This document shows positions 1 through 13,600 of a stretch of DNA of 64,000 nt, piece after piece (within the stretch, counting starts at the first letter, position 1; each line of letters starts with the position of its first letter). Origin of the DNA: Nageia nagi (lineage: Eukaryota; Plantae; Pinophyta); contig JBITNC010000001.1 in assembly GCA_050084985.1 (NCBI GenBank), positions 188,480,001-188,544,000 of the forward strand, given 5' to 3'. Under the pieces are notes generated by a model that searched no databases, was not told where the DNA came from, and worked only from the letters and a program-made list of their open reading frames with translations. Both the position numbers and the translations under genes were made by a program.

Positions 1-1135
1 GGATCCATGTTCACCCTTTAACATATCTTCCTCCTGCAAATTTGCATCGATCCTTTGTTTATCCCTTCCATGTAAATTCTGCAATACAAATTTATCCATA
101 TTTATGTTAACTACAAAAGTTGGTATGTCTGTAAGGGGGCATGGGAATGATATTCTCCTCATTAAGGGGTATGGGTAGTATTATCTGGTAGTTAAAGGCA
201 GTAAATTCTTAGCATGCATGACTCTCTCTTTTTTTCCCTAGGATGGATCTCTAGCAATTTTTTTATTTGATTTTTTAAAAAGTTTTTACTAACAAACTTT
301 TTTGTTTTGTTTTTAATAACAATGAAATATTTAAAAATAAATAAAGAAAGAAAGAAGAGGAAGTATTTTTTTTAGGGGAGGAGTTAATAAGAAGGGATTT
401 ACATATTTTTTTCAAAAGGGGATTTTATACCTTTTTAAAAATCTAAAAAAATATATTGGAGTAATTTTTAAATAAAAAAGAGAGGAGGATTAATGCTTAA
501 AGGGAAGTTTTTTTAAAGGGGAAATATATGTTTTTGAAGGATTTTTTCCCTTGGAAATTAATTCTCTTTCCTTAAGCTTACAGGGAAATTAAAAAGGTTT
601 AATAAAACAATGTTTCATGCTTTTAAAAAGGGAACTTTTTTTGCTAAAGTTCAAATTTGTAAGTAAAAAAGGGACTCATTGTTACATTGTTATTTAAAAA
701 AAATGAACTCATGCAAATAGGTATTCTTGGGGTTGTATCAAAACACATTGGACTCTTAGTTTTCAAATTCATATGATGATCATTTTTTTAAGCAATTTAG
801 TTTATACACCTGTGCTTTATATTTTTTGCAAAATTGCAAACATTGAAAGTGCGCCCTCTAAAATGAACACATCTACACATTTTATTGCACAACATGACTT
901 ATTTGAGGAGCCATGAAGGGAGGATAAGGTAGATTGGAGCCTTGAGTCTGTCAATATAAATGGTGTAAAGTTTGTACTTCTTAATTGCCTCTAATTCCTT
1001 TGTTGGTTTGGATATAACTCCATATAGGTGGACATGCATGTGTGTAGTAATACCACATGTCCATTCAAGGATTATCCTCATAACTTACGAGGAAAAATTA
1101 AGACCTAATCAAGATAAAATTTGGCTAATCCAACA

Positions 1136-1643
1136 TGTTAGAATTTGTAATGAAATATTGTGAATATCTAAACTCCTTGTAAATTCAATTAATCACTTAA
1201 GGGTATGTAGATACCTTAAGAGATTAATTGAATTCTTTAATATGTAGACTTTGACTTTACCAAAGTGGTTAGTTGGTAGGTTGAAGTTGGGTGATACATT
1301 TAATGTAACCCTAACCTTACCCTTAGGTTAAAGGAAGGTTAGGGAGGTGCTCTCAAGCTATAAATAGAGGGCCTCTCCTCTTGTAAACATATCTAAGTCT
1401 TGGAGTAAGATTACTCTACTTAGTTGTGTAGGAGAGAGCTAGAGAATAGTTGTAAGAGAGACATAGATTGAGAATAAGAGAACTAGTTGTGGATGTAATC
1501 CCAAGGAGGGAGGAACCACATTATATTGGTGTCATATTGTGTGAATGATGTTCTTAGAATTATAGTTGTGTTATCTTGTGTACACTTGAGTTTCTTAGTC
1601 TAAGGTCCTAGAGGATTTGTTTAGATCTAGTTCAAATCCTTCA
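1136..1643 (+). repeat. 5' LTR of element B
   Basis: TGTTAGAA...CCTTCA, near-identical to 7827-8334; contains TATAAATAG at ~1359. Confidence 0.97.
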
Positions 1644-1645
1644 AT

Positions 1646-1658
1646 TGGTATCAGAGCC
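1646..1658 (+). promoter_or_regulatory. Primer binding site (tRNA-iMet)
   Basis: TGGTATCAGAGCC, 2 nt after the LTR end. Confidence 0.95.
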
Positions 1659-1790
1659 TTGTTGTGGAAGCTTCTTCTTCTAGGTATAGACATTCTCCTT
1701 GTTGTGGAATCACTTCTTCTTGGTGTAGAAGCTCTCCTTGTTGTGGAAGCTCTTCTTTTGGTGTGAAAGCTACATCTTGGAGGTTCTTCA
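1658..1790 (+). repeat. Degenerate ~20/40-bp tandem repeat in the leader of B
   Basis: CTTGTTGTGGAA recurs at ~1658, 1698 and 1737 with intermediate TTGGTGTAGAA-type half-units. Confidence 0.75.
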
Positions 1791-4662
1791 TCCTTCTTCA
1801 TTCCTCATCTTACACCCTTTGGTGAGGTAAATTTTTAAGAAAAGGTATAAAGTTCCTCCTTATTTGATCATTTTTTTTGGATTATTACATAATGCTACTA
1901 ACACATTATTTGCTATGTGTTAGTCCTTTTTAAGTTATGATTAACAAGTTGCAATTTTTTACTAATCCTCTATGTTACTTGCAATTTTAAATTGCTATAG
2001 TTCTTTTAAAAAGGGTTAGTATACAACAATTGTAATTTGTTGTTCATGTTATATTGAACTTAAAAGTATGTGTTGGTTCAATTATTTGATTACTAACAAT
2101 TTTTATGTTAGTAGTATTATGTTCTTACTATTTGCTTAAAACTAGTAAGATATTATTGTGACACTTCTCCTACCTATACTACCATGTTTTATGTTAAATG
2201 GTCTTTTTTTGAGGCATGAATATTTAAAAGTTTGAAAGTAGGATAATTTTTTAGTTCTACCACCATTTTAGGGGCATAAATAAATTCAAAGGCTCAATAT
2301 ATATAGAATATATATATATATATATATTATTTTTTGTTTTTTGTTTCAACAAACATACTCCAAAATATATATATATATATCTTTCTTATTTTGCTTTTGT
2401 TTAAAATACTCAAAACAAAATTATATTTTAAATCTGTTTAAAATATAATTAAAATATATATATATATATGTTTATTTTTTTAAAATTTATTTCAACACAA
2501 AACAATATATATCTTTGTTATATATTTGTTACATTCATTTCAAATATCAATACAAAAATATATATATATATTTTTATATATTTTAAATTCAGTCAAAAAT
2601 AATTAAAAATATATATATTTTAGTTTTAAACTAATCAAAATATATATTTGTTTAAAATAATCAAACATATCTATAATCAACAAATATATATTAGAAAGTG
2701 TTTAAAATGGGGGGGTCATGATTATTGAATACAATTTTAAAATTCGGGGGGGGGGGGGGGGGAGTCAAGTAATATTATCTACCGTCACTCCTCTGCCCAC
2801 GCGTACATAGCCTCTGGTGGCTCCTCCCGCCCACCGCTGCATCGTGCTCCTCCGCCTGAACCACACGATGCCACTGCTTCCTCCTCCTACGATTGCACTC
2901 CTCAGGCTCCTCCACCCCCCCAATGATGCCCACGATGCTGACCACGCTCCCTAGACTGCTCTGCTCCCATGCCTCTGCACTTGGGATTGCTAGTCTTCTA
3001 CGTCAAGCCATGGACACCCACCTGGACAGTAGCGTAGAATCAAAAACTATTGGATATTCTACTTGTAGTCTGTATTTTATGCTATGATAGCATGTTTTTA
3101 GCACGTGACCTCCTCTTCTCAGCCTTGGCATCCACTCCTCATTGGCTCTGCTCGTCAGCCATGCCACCACTGGCTGTGTTACATGGGTCTGCTGATCTAC
3201 CCTGCTCGCCAGCTCTGCACCCACCAGCTTCATTGACCCACTCCGTCTCTGGCCTGCAATGCTTGCAGGATATGTGATATTTTTTACCCTGCATGCTATC
3301 GCTCTGTTTTATGGCCTACAAGCTCCCTCCTACGTGCACTAGGCTGGTCAACACCACCCCACGTACCTCACACGACCTCCACCACCTTATGCGGCCTCCT
3401 TACTGCCTTGGACTCCTTCTGCAGCCCATTCTCTCCCACTCCACATGACTCACCCCCCTTCTACACACTTTGGTCTCTCCTGCCACCCCTGCCCAGCCTC
3501 TCCATCTCCATAAGGCTTACACTTGGCCCTTCCATTTTTTTGTCAACCTATAGTTGTTGGGTATTTAATTTTTTTTACCCACTCCCCATTTGATTTGATT
3601 TTTTGCCTTAGTCACCCTTCAATATTTTAAGTTGTTAGCATTTTAAGTCAAAATGGGGGGATTTTTATCATTTTTTATCATTTTTTACTTAAATGCTAAA
3701 TAGATCTTGCATGCTAAATGAATCTTGCATGCTGAGTTTAAAATGCATGCCTCTTAACATTGTTAGGATTTAAGCATGCTTAGTACTTAAATTTATAAGT
3801 TAAAATGCATAATGCATGTTTGTATACTTAATTTTAAGTCATGGACTAAATACATGTTTTTTAAATTATAGATTAATGCTAAATAGGACTTAGCATTTGA
3901 AAAATTCATTATTTTTGAACTTGAGCAAAAATATGAAAAATGTAAAAGTCCTTTAGGGGTTAGTACAAAACCCATTGGAATCATTTTTGGCCTCTTAAGG
4001 TTTCAAGTTCGTGTGGATGGAGTATTTTTCACTTTACTTTATGTTTTTGCACATTTGCTTTATACTTGCAATACGCAAAAATTTGAAAGTAACCCCTAAA
4101 ATGAATACATCCGCACGTATTTTCCACAACATGACTTGTTTGGGGAGCCATGAGGTGAGGACAGGGTAGACTGGAGCCCTTTTAGTCCGAAGAACTGAGT
4201 AGTGGTAAGTCCGTCTTAATTGCCCCTAAGACCTCTGTTGGATTGGACATAACTCTATTAGGTGGATAGGCATGTGTGTAGTGATACCACATGTCCGCAC
4301 ATCCATTCAGGGATTATCCTGATAACCTAGGAGGAAAACTGAAAACCTTAATCAAGATAATTAAAATGGCCAGTCCAAGATACGTCGGATCCTTGGAAAA
4401 TAGTAGGTACTTCTCCTTGTGAGAGTATATCACTGACCAAGGTGAACTGGTTGAGGACTGGTAGTACCTGGGCTCCACCTTGCGGGCATCCAGGTGAAGG
4501 CCTAATTCTATACAAGAAAACAACCCCAACTTTATCCTTCTATGAATCGTGGTTAATGAGTTTGCACATGTGGGACATGTTTGCTTATTAGATGTTTTAT
4601 ATGTATAGATGGAAAATTGCAAAAGTTTACATTCTTATTGCATATTTATTTATTTTGTAGCA

Positions 4663-4772
4663 ATGGTTGAAACCTTTGTTCCCAAGCATATACTCGACGG
4701 TTCCAACTTTGGAATATGGGAACCTCGTATGAAAGCTGAGTTACAAGCAAGGAAGCTATGGCACTTGTTGAA
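4663..4772 (+). pseudogene. gag: Copia gag N-terminal stub
   Basis: MVETFVPKHILDGSNFGIWEPRMKAELQARKLWH matches the Copia Gag N-terminus (LDGxNY/FxxWxxxMxxxL..xxLW) and is then truncated. Confidence 0.8.
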
Positions 4773-5165
4773 AATCAAACTGATTTTAAGATCAAGATGC
4801 TAAGATCTGATAATGGGGTTGAATATAATAGCAATGAGTTTAACAACTATTGTGTTAAACATGGGATCAAATGGCAATTCACAATCCCTTACACCCCTCA
4901 GCAAAATAGAGTTGCTGAAAGGAAGAATCGCACCATTATGGAAATGGCAAGATGCATGTTGGGTAACCTTCCTAGTTTCTTATGGGGCGAAGCTGTTCAC
5001 ACTGCTATTCATACCCTAAATAGGTGTCCTACTAAGGCAGTTGAAGGTAAAACTCCATATGAAGCATGGACAGGAAAGAAACCTAACCTCTCACAGTTCA
5101 GGGTCTTCAGTTGTGATGCATTTGCCTTCATTACCTCAGAGAAAAGAAAGAAGCTAGATAAATGA
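4758..5165 (+). pseudogene. pol: Copia integrase core, N-terminally truncated
   Basis: ALVENQ..LRSDNGVEY..TPQQNRVAERKNRT..WGEAV; premature TGA at 5163. Confidence 0.95.
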
Positions 5166-5183
5166 TCAGAAAAATGCATCTTT

Positions 5184-6999
5184 GTGAGGTATGATAATCA
5201 GCATAGAGGTTACAGGCTCTACTCTTCATCCCATAAAATAGTTTTTGTTTCTAGGGATGTTAAGTTCAATGAACTTTCTGAGGATACGACCTCTCATGCT
5301 GAGGTGTCTGATACAAATGATTCTTTGCTTGCACCACACTGGTTGGATGATCATATAAAGAAGTCACCACAAGAGCAAAATTCTCTAGCACAGAGAATTA
5401 CAAGGAGTATGACCTTGCATAGCTCTTTATTTGCCAAAAATGATAATACACATGAGCCATCAACCTTCAAAGAAGCTTCCAAGCAAGAGTGTTGGATGGA
5501 AGCTATGAAAATTGAGTATGAGGCGCTCATGAAAAATGAAACTTGGGATTTGGTTCCTTATCCCAATGAGAAAAATGTGATTGGCAATAAATGGATATAC
5601 AAGGTCAAGTACAATTCTGATGGAAAAATTGAAAAATACAAGGCAAGATTAGTGGCCAAAGGATTCGCTCAAAAATATGGTATTGATTATGAGGAAACCT
5701 TTGCTCCTGTAGCTAAGATGCCTACTGTCAGAATAATCCTTGCTCTTTCTGTAGCTCAAGGATGGAAAGCTTTTCAACTTGATGTCAAAAGTGCATTTCT
5801 CAATGGTGACTTAGATGTTGAAATCTACATGAATCAACCAGAAGGATTTATTCCAGAAGGAAAAGAGTCTCTTATGTGTAAGCTAAAGAAGTCTTTGTAT
5901 GGACTTAAGCAAGCACCTAGAGCATGGTACAAGAAAATTTCAGGATTCTTTGCAGATATTGGTTTTTCCAAGTGCTTCTCAGATTTCGATCTATATGTAC
6001 TCACTCAAGGAAATGACGTGGTCATAATTCTCCTTTATGTGGATGATCTTCTCATAACAGGCAATAATATTGAAATCATCCAAGAGTGCATCTCTAAACT
6101 CAAGGCAACATTTGAAATGACTGATCTAGGTCTATTGCATTACTATCTTGGGATGCAAGTATACCAACACAAAGATTGTACTTATCTTAGTCAATCTAAG
6201 TATATATCAGACATCTTGCACAAGTTTGGAATGGAGGAGTGCAAATATGCAGCAATACCTATTTCTCCTGGCATTGTTGTATCATTGAGCTCAAATTCTG
6301 AGTTGGTTGATGCTACAGCTTATAGACAATTGATTGGTAGTCTTCTGTATCAGACTATCTCTCGTCCTGATATTGCCTTTGCAGTGAATCTGATGGCACG
6401 ATTCATGCAAAAACCATATGTTGAACACCTCAATGCTGTTAAGCAAATCTTGAGGTATGTCGTAGGGACAAAGGATCTTGCTCTTAAGTATTCCAAAGTG
6501 CCCTCGATTGTTCTCTTAGGATTCTCTGATTCTGATTTTGGGGAGATAGAGATGACAAAAAATCAACCTCTGCATATGTGTTTAGCATTGGTTCAGGTGC
6601 TATCTCTTGGGCTTCCAAGAAGTAACCTACTATGACTCTTTCTACCACTGAAGCTGAATATCGAGCCATTTCTGTTGTCACCCAAGAAGCTATTTGGCTA
6701 AGACATCTTCTGAACAAATTGGGTATAAGCAAAATGGCCCATCTCTTATTTCGTCAGACAATCAATCGGCTATCTCTTTGGCTAAGAATCCTATGTTCCA
6801 TCAGCGAACCAAACATGTAGAAATCCAAGCACATTTTATCAGGGAGAAGGTTCTAGATGACATCATACACTTGCAGTATTGTCCATCTACTGAAAACTCT
6901 GCTAATTTATTCACCAAGCCCCTTCCTGAAGCTCAGTTCTGCAAGCTTAGGGATTCTCTCGGGTTGGTGAAGTTGCCCTCAAGGGGGAGTGAAGTTTAA
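5184..6999 (+). pseudogene. pol: Copia reverse transcriptase and RNase H (frameshifted)
   Basis: YKARLVAKG, QLDVKSAFLNG, YGLKQAPRAW, LYVDDLL; RNase H STTEAEY, DNQSAI, RTKHVE across frameshifts at ~6545 and ~6730. Confidence 0.97.
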
Positions 7000-7059
7000 A
7001 CTTTTGTTAAGTGATGACAACTTCACCTTTAAGAGGCCTTTTTTGATTGTACATTCTAG

Positions 7060-7341
7060 ACCTCCGTGGTAAGTTTGCTCTACATGAAAAACTTGTTGTA
7101 CAATTGTTGTTATAGAGTGTTGATTGTTTTATACCTCAGTGGTAAGTTTGCTCTGCATGACAAACTTGTTGTGCATTTTATACCTCCGTGGTGAGTTTGC
7201 TCTGCGTGAGAAACTCGTTGTATAAATTTTTGAGCATATAATTAATATACCTCCGTGGTAAGTTCGCTCTATGTGAGGAACTTGTTGTACATTCTAGACC
7301 TCCGTGGTGAGTTTTCTCTGCGTGAGAAGCTCGTTGTACAA
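7060..7341 (+). repeat. Five ~43-bp hairpin-forming repeats in the 3' UTR of B
   Basis: ACCTCCGTGGTRAGTTYGCTCTRYRTGARRAACTYGTTGTACA-like unit at ~7060, 7133, 7182, 7249 and 7298. Confidence 0.85.
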
Positions 7342-7826
7342 TTTTTATGCTCTATTTAAAATCAACACATGTCTATATACAACAGGTGACTATGAGTGAT
7401 GGCTTGGCATCTCTATGATGGCTTATAGTGCACCATTGATCAGTTATTTATAAGATGGCATTATTTGATTCTCTTATTTGAATATATGATGCATCTAACT
7501 AATTTTGTTCATGAGTTGCTTGTAGCATGCAGGATCTTCTTCAGAAATGCAGGTTACTCACCTTGTGAAAGCAAGCTCATGGAGACTCACATGTCAGCTT
7601 AAAGTTGATCGACTACTATGTACAGTGAAACCAGTTGTGGTTAATGATTGTATTGTAAACCATTTTTTATCAAATGGTAATGTAGTGAGTTTCATACTAG
7701 TTCTCAAAAAGATTCTCAAATATGTAAAAGTTCTCATCTCCACTTGTATCTCTATGGAGGAGAACTCTCTCTTACTCTCTTTCTTCTCTCTTCTACGCTC
7801 TATCCCAATATTGCATTAAGGGGGAG

Positions 7827-8334
7827 TGTTAGAATTTGTAATGCAATATTGTGAATATCTAAACTCCTTGTAAATTCAATTAATCACTTAAGGGTATGTG
7901 GATACCTTAAGAGATTAATTGAATTCTTTAATATGTAGACTTTGACTTTACCAAAGTGGTTAGTTGGTAGGTTGAAGTTGGGTGATACATTTAATGTAAC
8001 CCTAACCTTACCCTTGGGTTAAAGGAAGGTTAGGGAGGTGCTCTCAAGCTATAAATAGAGGGCCTCTCCTCTTGTAAACATATCTAAGTCTTGGAGTAAG
8101 ATTACTCTACTTAGTTGTGTAGGAGAGAGCTAGAGAATAGTTGTAAGAGAGACATAGATTGAGAATATGAGAACTAGTTGTGGATGTACTCCCAAGGAGG
8201 GAGGAACCACATTATATTGGTGTCATATTGTGTGAATGATGTTCTTAGAATTATAGTTGTGTTATCTTGTGTACACTTGAGTTTCCTAGTCTAAGGTCCT
8301 AGAGGATTTGTTTAGATCTAGTTCAAATCCTTCA
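7827..8334 (+). repeat. 3' LTR of element B
   Basis: Preceded by PPT 7818-7826, followed by TSD CAACA. Confidence 0.97.
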
Positions 8335-10670
8335 CAACATACATCACACCCATGGAAAACAGCTAGTACTTCTCCTTATGAGAGTATAGTGTTGACCATA
8401 GGGGAATTGGTTGAGGATTGGTAGGACTTGGGCTCCATCACAACTTGGATTTCATCATCAAGTATTGCATGAGGGCATCTAGGTGCTAGGATCCTAGATC
8501 TTAACACTTACTTAAGGATTAGTTAGGAAATAGTTAGGATTAGTTAGGCAATAGTTATGATTAAATAATTAGTAGTTAGGATTAGTTAAGTCAACTTATT
8601 AAGTGATTAGTCATGTATTTCAATGAATAGTCACTTATTATGACTATAAATATGTGTAATATGGGATAGATAAAGAATCAAGGAAAATATATTATCTTTT
8701 AAGTTATAAGGAGGAAGCCCCCTCAAAGTGGCCTACGATTTATATTATGATCAATAAAGTAATTTTGTTTTGTTATCTTCTTAATTAGGAATTGCATTGC
8801 TCTATTTTGTTACTTGTGAATTGTTGAATATTTCATATTTTGCTACTATTTCATTTAAAATATTATTTATATTTTTTGATGTTCCTAACAAGTGCTATCA
8901 AAGCTTCAATTTTGACTACCTATGGGCATATTGAAATTCAGCTTTAGAATTCAAAAATATAAAAAGATAATAATAAAAATAAAAAATAAAAGAGAAGGTT
9001 TTTGAGATGGTTGACGAAAGAAGATATCAAGACTTCAAAAACTTGTAAAAAATAGTATGGGATATGCAAAACCAAATGAAAATTAATTTCAAGAAGATGG
9101 AAACAAGTATGAACACCCACATAACAACTCTATATTCCAAAGTAACAAATCTAAATATCAAACATAATAATGTGGTGGGTAGTATCGATCATGTTAGTGT
9201 AACACTACAAAATGTAGGCTCAACACTAGTTTCTAGCTCTCAATAATTAATAGGACAATCGTCACCTCATCAAAGTCAATAATAATTTCATCAAGGATTC
9301 CAACAAGCTTCCATTCTTCCAAGAATAACCAAGCTAGATTTTATAATATTTTATGTGGATGGTCTAAATGAGTGTATTTACAAGGTCGAATAACACTTTT
9401 TCTTGAATCAAATTATTGATGCCCAAAAGACGAACATTGCATCATGCCATCTTGAGAATGAAGCCATCCAGTAGTACTAGTGGTTTAACAAGATAAATAA
9501 CATCCCAAATTGGGGAGAATTCACCACACAATTGTTGGTTCAATTTGGTCCAAGTAATTTTGAAGATTTCATAAGAGCTCTAACAAAATTGAAAAAAACA
9601 ACCTCAATAAAGGAATACTAGAATTAATTTGAAAAAATGGCAAACCACACATTTGGGATAAAGGAGTCTTTCAACAAAAGTTATTTTGTTAGCATATTGA
9701 AGGATCAAATTTAAGTGGATGTTAAGATGTTTAATCCATAGACCATGATGGATGCTATTGCATTGGCAAATTTTGTAGAAGACATCAAGGAAGGTAATCT
9801 TTTGAGAGGCCACATAACACCTCAAATACCCCAACTGCCCAAAATGCCCTAAAATAAAATCAACCACTATAAGTTATGATATTAAATCCAAAAGAAATGG
9901 AGTGAATAAAAAAGGTACTATGATATAATTACGATGAGAAATATGGCCCAAACCATCATTATACCACACAAAAATTATATTTGTTAAATGCAAATGCATT
10001 TTGTGATGACAAAAATGAGGTTGATATAAAAGATGAGGTAGAGGAACCAAACAACAATGAGAAAAACCCTAAAATCTCCTTCAATGCACTTTTAGGAATT
10101 TCTTCTCCACAAACTATGAAGGTGAAGTGTCACTTCAAAAAATGAACTCTCATTATGTTACTCATCTCAGAAAGTACTCACAACTTCATTGATATTCAAG
10201 TAGCAAGAGATGCCAATTGCTACATATAGATGACTAACAAATTTGAATCCATGAATGGTAATGAGGGAAAAATAGTATACAAAGGCACATATCATAATAT
10301 CAAATGCAACTTGGGTAATTACACATTAAAAAATGACATGTATGCCTTACCCTTAGGTGGATGTCACATTATCTTAGGGCCATAATGGTTGAGAATATTG
10401 AGACCAATATTATTAGATTTTGTAGAATTGTGTATGCATTTCATAGATAAAGGATATGAATATAATATTGAGGGATTATAGGTAGGGCCATGATAAGTAG
10501 TAAGCTCTCATCGTATGGAAAATATCATTCACAGAAGTGGAAAAGGATTGATGGTACAATTGTTCTCTATCCAATTAACTAAACAAGAACCTAATGAGCC
10601 AAGAGAATTGCAACAACTATTGGTCCAACATGAATATATCCTTGAAGAAACAAAGGTATTACCTCCCCAT

Positions 10671-13600
10671 TGTTAGAAATTATAATGCATTACTCTTACT
10701 ATGTAATACCTCTCTTTAATGTAACCCACTTAATATTTGAAGGTATCTAGATACCTTAAGTATTAAAAGAATAAAATATTAGAAAAGGTTAACTTAACCC
10801 TTGGTTAAAAGGGTGGTTAAAGAGAGGGTTGTATGTTATAAGTAGAGGTCTACCCCACCTCTCATAACACACACTTGGAGAAGCATGAAATTGATAGTCT
10901 TGTAGAATTGTAGGAAGGCTCTTGTAGGAGTTTTATAGAAGAATTCTTGAGAAGTTGGAGAGTTCTCTTGTGAGAAGTAATAGAAAAGATGTTTTAAAGT
11001 GTATGTACTCCCAAGTGATGGAGGAAACACTATACTTGTTGTGTGTTCAAATTGTGAGATTGGATATTTGTTATGTTGGTTTAAAGAGCCTTCTTGAGAT
11101 GTTAGTAGATTAGAATTTTACTCTTTAAGGTGTAAATCCAACATTTGGTATCAGATCCATATTAGGGGCTCTTCTTAACCATTCTTGAAGGTCTATTCTA
11201 CCCCTTTCATCTACTTTTATGAGGTAAAACACTTAAGGTATAAATTTCTCCTTGATCTTTTGTATTGTTAGGCCATTTTGGATATCTCTTCTATTTTTTT
11301 TAACTATTTTATTTTGAAATTTTTACAAAACTTTAGCTTAATATCAAGTTTCATTTTCTTATACATAAACTTGGTTATGTTAAAATTAAGCATTTTATTG
11401 ATAAGCTTATGTTATTTTTAAACAAAAGAGGCTTCTTCATATAAGACTAGCTTAAAATTACAAAGGATTTGGGTACTAACTTTCTCTTTTTTTGAGAGAT
11501 TAATATTTTTTTGTTAAGAGGTTAGTATGAAATTGTAACTATCACTATATGTTAGTTTCTAATATTATTTTCTATAAGAATTATAATAACATATTTTTGT
11601 TAGTTGTCATTTTGAGAGTTCTTTATGAGCTTTCCTTGCAAATCAACAAAAAAATAAGGATACAAGGGATATGTTTTAAGTGCAAGGATAAAATTTTCTT
11701 TTATAAGTATGAGTTACTTGTAAAAAATATGAACATACAACAAAAAAATAAATTTAAAATATTTTTTGATGTATAAAATAGGGGGTGGCACTTTTAAAAT
11801 AATCCTCTTATTATTAAGGTGCAAGGTTTGGCTTTACACCACCAACAGCTCCTAGCAACTATAGGATTGTAAATAGGTGACCTTACCTCCCTTGACACAT
11901 GACCATGACTCCCCTTCATGCTTGCCCATGCCTTAAGTTCTTTAATCCATTCAATTTGGTCTCAAATTTGAAGATGAACAAGTGACTCTGAGATTAAGCA
12001 TGCCCATTTAGTGATGGTGGAGTTCCTCATATTTTACATCTAGGTGTTGAAAATTGGGAAGGAGCCTCTCCCTCTTTTCATCACACTTTTGGGTAAGAAA
12101 TATAGTACAATCTAACTTATTTGGGGGAACTATGTCTCACACCTACCCATTTGAGGGTATGGGTCATTGCAGTCCTTGAAACTATGTTTGCCATAACTCT
12201 ATCTCATAGAATAAAAAAAATAAGGGGCAAAACTAAAGATAAAATAGGTTCATTCTCTTAATTTGCCTCCCTTATCCATTATTTATAGATCCCAAGGTAT
12301 CTTGCTATGTGTGTAACCCTTTTTGGGTGCCCATGGCCACTTATTGGGCACGCACGACCCATTAGGCATAATTTTATCCTTGTTAACCTTAGTTTAAGGT
12401 ATCATCTGCAGTTTTTTCACACCTACAAATTTTACTAGTTGACCAACCTTACTTGTTGGTGTTGTTACGTGAAATGATGGATGATTTGGTATCCTTTCCT
12501 TCCTTTATTTAATATTTAATATTCATCTTATGAGGGGAGTCTTTTTCAAACACTTCTTCTCACAGGTAGACTTTGGTAATTTTCCACCATCATGGGTATT
12601 TATTTTTCTACCCTTGAGTCCTTTATTGAATTTGGGCTAATATTTAATTTGGAAGGTGAATTATTCCACCTTGGAAGCTTCCCTTCTAATTAGAAAGGGA
12701 CCTAGGTAACTTTTTCAAACTTGGAAACTTCCCTTTTTTCAATGCCCATTTTTCAAAAGGTTTATTATTTCAATATTTAAGGGGATATGACTTGACCTTA
12801 AAGGCATTTACTTAGTGCCATATTTTTCTTTTTCATGGTAGAAGCATTGGTTATTAATTAATTTTGTAAGTGGCATGCATTTGGTAAAATAATGTATTTT
12901 TGAGCTTGAATCTCTTTCGAAATGCAAGTTTTTACCTTTTTTGTGAGTGGTGCTGCCCCTTGGAACCCCGTAGAGGGACTCAAATTTACTTAATTTTAAT
13001 TATAAAAATTATATGTTTGGATGTTATTCTTTAAAAAAAGGTAATATTATGTAAACTTTATTGCAAAAAATTATTATGGGTTCTACTTATTATGGCCCAC
13101 CACTTTGTGTGGGTTCTACTTGTGGCCCACAACCTATGTTCCTCATACAACTTGAGGAGTAGCTTCTTAATAAAGATACATAATAAATTAAACATAAAAA
13201 CATATTTATATGTGATTCTTACTTTTTATCTAGTGCATATAGAGTTTCTTTCTCCACATAACTATTCATGCCAACAGTAAAAGCAAGACGCTTTTTCATG
13301 AAGCCCACAAGATAGATACTTTTTCTTAAGCATAAATTATTTACAAGAAAAGGAAATTTTGGCTCATGAATTTTTGGACATTATGATATGTATTTATAAT
13401 TTCTAAGTAATTTTGGGAAGGTTATGTTTTTCAATGCATTTTTGGTAAAATATTTTTGCAAAATGTACAATGTTTGCACATAATATTTATGTTAAGTACT
13501 ATTTAGAAGAATATTTTAAGCAACGTATCCTTGATTTTTTTCTACTATATAAATAAAGGTTCTAACAAAATCATGCTTAATGTAATGATTATCTGAATCC

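Larger units (their letters stand above)
1136..8334 (+). mobile_element. Young Ty1/Copia LTR retrotransposon B, internally deleted (non-autonomous)
   Basis: 508-bp TG..CA LTRs at 1136-1643 and 7827-8334 with 6 mismatches counted by eye; TSD CAACA (1131-1135, 8335-8339); PBS TGGTATCAGAGCC; PPT AAGGGGGAG; INT-RT-RH domain order. Confidence 0.97.

Noticed and set aside
1595-1801. Arg-rich repetitive 68-aa antisense ORF
   Set aside because: By-product of the leader tandem repeat; overlaps the LTR and PBS.
2770-3600. GC-rich island with several short ORFs as a captured gene
   Set aside because: Low-complexity ORFs with no recognisable domain, inside the leader of element B.
7060-7341. Palindromic repeats with variable spacers resembling a CRISPR array
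   Set aside because: Eukaryotic retrotransposon 3' UTR, degenerate repeats, short irregular spacers, no cas genes.
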